From Paramecium tetraurelia (lineage: Eukaryota): a stretch of 64,000 bases of DNA. The stretch's first letter is position 1, and each line of letters opens with the position of its first letter. The stretch lies in NCBI GenBank assembly GCA_000165425.1, contig CT868658.1, forward strand, positions 62,001 through 126,000, read 5' to 3'. Shown piece by piece: positions 57,019 through 64,000 of the stretch. A program made the translations under genes and the position numbers. The notes below the pieces were generated by a model. That model saw only the letters and a list, made by a program, of their open reading frames with translations. It searched no databases and was not told the DNA's origin.

Positions 57019-57592
57019 TCATTTTGTTGATCGCTTAAATTATGCATAAAGTAACATTTTTTAAGCCTTTTGTATCAATTACTTATGATATTAAATCAAA
57101 TCATTAGTGGATAGTTTAGATATAGTTGTTTACTTTTTTTATGAATATGTTGATTCAATGTGAAGAGTAACTTGCTTTTTAAATGGAAGTGAATTATTAG
57201 GGGAAATAGGGGTTGTGTCTATACGTTTTTCTTTGCTGTTCGGTCTGCTGGCTGCTTTCTATTTAATAATTCTTTTATAGGGGGAGCATTCACCAGCTTG
57301 GATCTAAGGTTATGAAAAAACTCTAGCTCTGCTTTCTTCTTGTTTTCGAGATAAAAATTCATTCAAAAGTGTCTATGTTAAATAATTTATTCTACTTTAC
57401 ATTTATGTTCTTTGGATTTTAAATGCTCTGCTTAATAAGCTATTCTAATTGATCCCTTTGAGTTTAATGAAAACTGCGAACAGGAGACACATTAGTCAAC
57501 TTTAAGGATAGTCTTTCTGTTTTTGGGGCTTAGCGTTTTTGTTTTATTAGCACATGATTATGATTATGTAGTAATTAATTATCAATCAACAT
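57019..57592 (-). CDS. hypothetical protein (one 28-nt intron, 57373-57400)
   Basis: MLIDNQLLHNHNHVLIKQKRQAPKTERLSLK... to ...LIQYHKQLIQKAQKMLLYAQFKRSTK-TGA; exon lengths keep frame. Confidence 0.65.
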
Positions 57593-57880
57593 AAAATAAT
57601 TATTCTTTGCATTAAAAATGGATCAATATGCATGAATATAATATGTATAAGTTAAGTTATTATGTTCATAATTATTGAAAAAGGAAATAAGTACATCCAA
57701 ATAGAAGTAAGGCATCATCCAAATATTAAGAATAAATATTAAATATGATACTCATTGATTTTTAATTAATATCATTGAATTAATATCTGATGTACTAGAG
57801 TTAATATGTGTTAAATATGCAATAGAACTTTAATAATAACTTTTATTCTTAGGTTTATCCTAATTAATTAATTAATTAAA

Positions 57881-59456
57881 ATGGCTGGAATAGAATAGGA
57901 AGAAGGGATAATAATTGAAGAAAAAAAATAAGGTATAAACTCAGTATTTAATGTAGATTCAAGGATGAATTTTGCTGATGAAATTATCATTGATGAGCAA
58001 CATATTCTCACCATATCAGCTGAAAAGATGTTTGAAGAGCCCCAAAAACGAACGCGTAAATCAAGATGGGGAGGAAGGCCTGATAGGAAGTGTGCTAGAC
58101 CTGAGTAAAAACACTTGCAATTCAATCCTTTAGAGGCGATGATGAATAGAAAATGCATCTTACCTGTAGGAGCCCAAAGCTTAGCCCCTCCTGTACCTAT
58201 TGGTATGGCATTACCATGGGGAATGTAACAAATGCCTGTGATGCCTGTAATGTCTCAGTCATATGGCTACAATTTTGTGCGAACAGATACTTCTGTATTG
58301 GGATATTTTTAATAATTTAGCATACTCGATGGGGTCCTGATTATGAAAAAACCTTTCAGCCTCCCTCTTTAAATTGTATTCCTCCTGATCTCAGCATAGA
58401 CGACTTAGAATATATCATCAGATTGTATTGTCTTGATGATATCAATTAAAAATTACAATAACCAATAGATAGTAAAATGGATGATCCTGATTTAAGGTCT
58501 CCCTCTCCTGAACCAGTCTACGATCAACATGGAAAGAGAGTTAACACAAGGGAAGTTAGAAGAAAAGAGAATTTTCAAAGAATTAAATGTTCTTTGACCG
58601 AAGAATGCATTAAGATTAACAAAAACTTTGTTCCTCCTCATGATTTTAAACCTTTGAAGAAATCTCAAAAAATATATTTAACTGATACTTTAAACGCTCC
58701 TGATACAAATTATATTGGTCTTATCTTGGGACCAGGAGGTAACACTTAAAAATTCTTGGAGGGAAAAACTGGTTGCAAAATATCAGTCAGAGGCAAAGGA
58801 AGTTCAAACACAAAGAAGGTGGATTGGGATATGGATGACAAGTTGCATGTCTTAATTTAAGCGGATAATGATGAACAACTTCAATAAGGTGTTATCGAAA
58901 TAGAGAAAATATTATCAGGAAATTAAGAAGATGAATAAGCAAGAAATGCTAGATTATAAGGCTAAGTTATAGCTACAGTCTTAAGAGATGACTTTTGCGA
59001 ATATTGTCATGAAAAGGGTCATAGAACTTATGCTTGTCCTACTAAAATTCCATTTGAAAAAGCAAGAGTGAAATGTGAAATCTGTCATGAATTTTCTCAT
59101 CCAACCTCAGATTGTCCCTAAAAATTTGAACACAAAGAGAGTTTCATTCAATAATAATATGATAAATATAGAAAAGATTTAGGTTTGGAAAAGAACACTG
59201 AAATATTGCAATAAGATAGTTAAAATGAAAAAAGAACTACAGAATAAAGAGTACAATTATTAATAAATTATATTAGGTTGCTTTTATCACGAATGCTTAG
59301 ATTGTAAAACCAATCTAAAATTTATAAATAGAGGATGATAAATTTGTTATGGAGAGGTTAAGAAGAGAGCAACAAGAAAGAGAAAATTATGAAAAGGCAC
59401 AGAAAAAAGCTTTAGAATAATATACATTATAATCATAAGAAAACTAAAATAAATGA
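57881..59456 (+). CDS. SF1: splicing factor 1 / branchpoint-binding protein
   Basis: ULM KRTRKSRWG, RSPSPEPVYDQHGKRVNTRE, KH domain [32 protein letters not shown], two CCHC zinc knuckles (CEYCHEKGHRTYAC, CEICHEFSHPTSDC). Confidence 0.93.
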
Positions 59457-60361
59457 TGAATCATAGTCATTATTCAAATATATAAATTATAAGTAATAAT
59501 AATTTGCTGAATTGACTAAGAAATTATTAGCAATTAAAAGTGCATACATAAGCTTTATTTTTATTTTTCATCAAATATTTCATTAAATTCTATCTTTCAT
59601 CTAATTTTTTCGAGTTTTATTTGGTTAATGTATTTCAAATCTAAGCTACTATGGATTAGGCTATTTCATAAAGTATTACAAAAAGGACGAGGTTAGGCTG
59701 AGGAATTATTAATTTTACAATTCTGATAAATCTTTTAATAAACTAGTTTTATTTTGGCTTAAGTTACATAATAAATTTAGGAAATATCAAGATCTGATAG
59801 AGGGCTTTTTGAAGGCTGAATCTCAAATATTAGCTCTTTCATATTGGAATTATTATTACAAATTATAAAGATAAATATAAGTAAGGATATCATCCTTTAG
59901 GATTGTAAGCTTCCTTCAAATATTTAGTTCTTTATATTAAATAGTCCCAAACTTCCTTAAATATACAATACAATCATTAAAATTGAAAAATCAATGACTT
60001 AAGGTTTAAAGGAATAGATTTTATAACTTCATTTCATTTACTCGAAAGGTAACAGGCAAATTCAATTGGTTAGATAGCCAAGATATAATATTGTTCAATT
60101 CCAATTTATGTTATACTTGGGTTCATTACCAAACTTTACACTATTGAATCTGAAATTTAGTTCTAATTGAATCTGTCAGGTAGAATTAACTGATAAAATA
60201 AACTTAACATTTATTTCTTTTAGCAATAAGGTATCTCAGCTCATTCTTGTTTTCTTTATTTATTTAAATAGTCATATATTTAAAATGTAATGCTTTTAAT
60301 CTCATTTATTCTTTATAACAATTAATTGATTTTAAAGTCTTTCAATTTTCATTTTAACATA

Positions 60362-63300
60362 ATGAAAGTGAACATATTTGAAAACCAATTTCAGAAACAA
60401 CTGCCAAACATTTCAAAGACACCACAAGCAAAAAGCTAGTAGACTTTAGAACATATATTTAATACTTCCTTAAAATAACCGAGACACTTAAATGATCATT
60501 CAGTGAAATCCCTTCATAACTTAAATAACGTCTCGTTTATTCGAAATGAAAAGCATGATGTCAAATAAGATGTATCAATAGATTATTTAACATAGCAATA
60601 TTATACATCTCCATTACTTAACAAGACATAATTGCTTGAAATTGAGAGGTAAAGCAAATAAAGAAGGAATGAAATGTATTCCTAAATGCTGAGCGAGAAT
60701 CCTTTTAAATTTAATGACTCCTAAGAGGAAATCACATTAGAACATCCTAGAAGTAATTATTGAAAAGTGATTATTTCTCTAGAAGTATCTTCTATTCATG
60801 TTAATCTATTTGATTTGAAGGACAAAGAGAAATTAACTCAACTCCTCTAAGAAACTAGTGAATTTTCAGATAAGCTCTCTCAGCATAATCCGCAATAAAA
60901 ACCGGCTAATGTAATAGTACAAAGACAGGACGTGATCAAATTGGCTCAATGGATAGACTATCAAATGAAAACTATTGTCGAAGACACAAAACTAAAAGAA
61001 GATTAGATGCTTCATCAAGTTGAGCAAGTCTTTAACTAAAGTCTCAAAGAGTTAGTAAGGGAAATCTCAATCGATTGTATAGAAAAAGGGTAAAATTTGA
61101 TAATCAATTAGAGTACTATTGGAGAAGATTTGGAATCAATACGTTAATTTTAATAGTATCGTAATTTAGGCGATTCAGCAGGAGAAGATCAATTCAGAGA
61201 ATGAATATTTAAATGATTTGAAACAAGTAATATTGATCATACTAATTAGATTCATTAAACCTATCAAATGTCCGTTAAGGTTCAAGAAGATAAAATTAAG
61301 TTGCTAGAAACATAATTACAATAACTACAATATAAACACAATGAGACAGTGGTTGACTATGATAATTTGTTGCAAAAATATGATTACTTGGTCAACTAGT
61401 ACAAAGAACTCAAATCAGAGGACTAAGAATTAAGAAATGATTACTAGATTGCTATGAATGACATCGACTAATTGACCTAATAAATCAATGCTTTATAAAT
61501 AGAAAATCAAAAGACTTTAAAATAATTAAATGATAGAATCAATTACAACTTTTAGAAATCTAAAAGATAATCTTATATATTCTCAGATACTGATGCATTA
61601 TATCCCGATCACAAATCCACAAGTTGCTATGATCTATACACTACGATGGAGATACATGTGAGTTAGGCTTGTCAAACTATTCAATTAACTGAATTACGCA
61701 CTTCTGAAGCTCAAACAGATTTTAAATATTTCAAATAAGTTGGCGTTTAATGTTCAGAATTGATCGTTGAAGAACAACGTCCCTAATCCAACCATTAAAA
61801 TGAAAAGTAAATTTTTGTATATCTAGAAATAATCATGCCTAAATGGAAGAGGTTAGAAAATTAAAAGAGCTGAATTTTACATTAGAAGAAAAAATAAGAA
61901 TGGAAATTTAAGCTTAAAATGAGTTTAGAAAGTAAAGATAATAAGTTCAAAGGGAAAGTGACTAATAAAAAATAAAAATAACGAATTTGGAAAATACAAT
62001 CACATAATTATAAATAGATTTAGATAATTTATAGACTCAAATTGATAATAAGTAGGATTCAAAATAAAAAGAAATTACTGTTGTTAGTATTGATTAAAAG
62101 AATACGGATTAATAGATGACACTTGCTCCTTAATTTACATCTTCTACAATGAAAACTCAATAAAAACAGGAGACCTAACATAAGACTTAAGAGAATCTTC
62201 CAGAAATAAAATAAAACAATTCATAATAAAAAAAGTAAATCAATTAAGATTAAATAAAGCAAACTTAGAAATAATAATAGTAGTAATAATAGTAATAATA
62301 ATAATAATAGCAAACGATGAAATAAACCAATAATGGTTTTAATAAAGTTAAATCTGTTGATGTTAAAGATTAAAAAAAATAGGTTAAGATAATTAAAAAC
62401 TCTTAACTCATTCCTCGAAAATCTTCTTAAGATTCTGTCCAAAATATTAATAATAGTTAAGATAATGATACTAATGCAAACTCCAATGAAGACTTCTTAA
62501 GTAGAGCTTTAGAAGAATTAACTAAAGATGGACGCTAACTTAAAATAACGCAAAACTCAAATCAAAGGCTTAGTATCGTATAATAACGAAGACAAACTCA
62601 ATAATAAAATTATATTCTCATTTAATAAGAGAAATAATGTAAATATTTTGATAAAATTGATAGAGCAAATATTATAGAGATTGTTAAAAGATAAAAAAGA
62701 AAACATTTATGTAGACGTTGCTTTAGCTTTCATCAATCAATTACATTAAGACTTCTAAATGAATCCGAATTAAGTAGAAAATACCCTAACTATTTAAAAT
62801 TCTTTAAAATAAATATCATTATTTTATAAAGAGAAATTGGATTCTAAATATCCTCTCTATGCCATCTGCTATGAGTATTACATGAATTAGTATGGACTAA
62901 AAAATGTAGCTGAATAAAAAATGACTTAATTTTGTTAAAGTCTAATTGTGTATCAATAGAATTACAGAATCAAATTATTTGCTCGATTTTTACACTTATT
63001 TGATAATATTTCTAATGAAGATTTTGAATTTTACATATAATCTTTGAGTTAATTGGATGAATATTAGAATGCTCAGAATTTGATATAGTGTACTCCTTCG
63101 CATGATTGTGTTATGGTACTATTTCAAAAGGTTAAATAATAACTATAGAGTTTTAACAACACTGGCAAAGAGTTAATAGACAAATTTGCCATTTATTGCA
63201 AAAACATAAAAGGAGAAAGTTATTTAGATTTAGATTAATACTATTTGGAATCATTAGAACAATTTCAATTCGTAAGGAAAGTCTAAAATGATAATTTTCA

Positions 63301-63838
63301 TCAATTATTTTTAGCTATAGACGTTGACGATAATCAAAAAATAAGTGAAGATGAATTTAAGATTCTCTATACTTTAATAGAGGATAATAAAAACATGCTC
63401 AAATACATAAAATTATTTTAAATATAGTGTTAAAATGATAATGGACTTAACTTTTATTAGTTTGGATTGTTTTGTATGCATAACAATTTATTTACTAAAT
63501 AAAAGTAAGATAAATTCTTCCTCTCTCACTAAGCAGAACAATAATTCCTGTAATTAAAGATAACTTGGGGACATTAAAGAAAAATAATAAGTTAACGATT
63601 GAGAGATTCCAATAATTTCACCTAATACTATCAAGATTTGATTAGAAAATTAGATGAAGTATAAAAACATAACATATAATAGGGACTTAAAAGTAACTAA
63701 AATTATGCTTGGAATCTATGGAGAATTTTAGAAGAACAATCAAAAAAACTTTTATTAAATAATTAATTAATTATTTTAATCGGATCAGACTTATGCTATA
63801 TTTGTGATAAATATGAATAATTATTCTCAAATAATTGA
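60362..63838 (+). CDS. axonemal dynein light chain domain-containing coiled-coil protein with C-terminal EF-hand
   Basis: RQDVIKLAQWID...FNQSLKELVREISIDCIEKGVLLEKIW matches the Ax_dynein_light pattern; long coiled coil, polyQ near 62270-62310, EF-hand DVDDNQKISEDEF; tiny introns. Confidence 0.75.
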
Positions 63839-64000
63839 TATAACTTAAATTATATCATCTACTATTGATATTACATAATTATTTAGAGTATTTAGATAAT
63901 TAAAATTAAGCTACTACTTAGAATCTTTAATTTCTAAGGGATGAATAATCTAGTCTTCTCCATTAAAATTCTAAAATATGATCTGCTTTGGTTATGGAAT

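Overview
AT-rich, gene-dense eukaryotic DNA from a ciliate macronuclear genome, most likely Paramecium. TAA/TAG read as Gln inside conserved proteins (PGK, Rab, kinases), TGA is the only stop, introns are tiny (about 20-30 nt, GT..AG) and many intergenic gaps are tens of bp. The supplied ORF track uses the wrong code and shows only fragments. Re-translating by hand with the ciliate code gives about 25 genes. These include a VPS10/sortilin receptor, PGK, a large repeat-domain type I membrane protein, a WD40/EF-hand protein, a Rab, an ABCC transporter, four protein kinases, a TBC Rab-GAP, two LRR proteins, an RNASEK-like small membrane protein, SF1/BBP and an axonemal-dynein-light-domain protein. 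The most striking structure is an inverted duplication of about 1.9 kb (26087-27990 vs 38215-40058). It carries two WD40 paralogs that are nearly identical except for a hypervariable coiled-coil patch and a polyQ tract, and it brackets a giant Cys-rich/beta-helix multi-pass surface protein. Several genes show 1-2 nt frame breaks, most simply explained as consensus errors. No rRNA, tRNA, CRISPR, transposon or telomere was recognised. All coordinates come from manual translation, and some gene ends are approximate.
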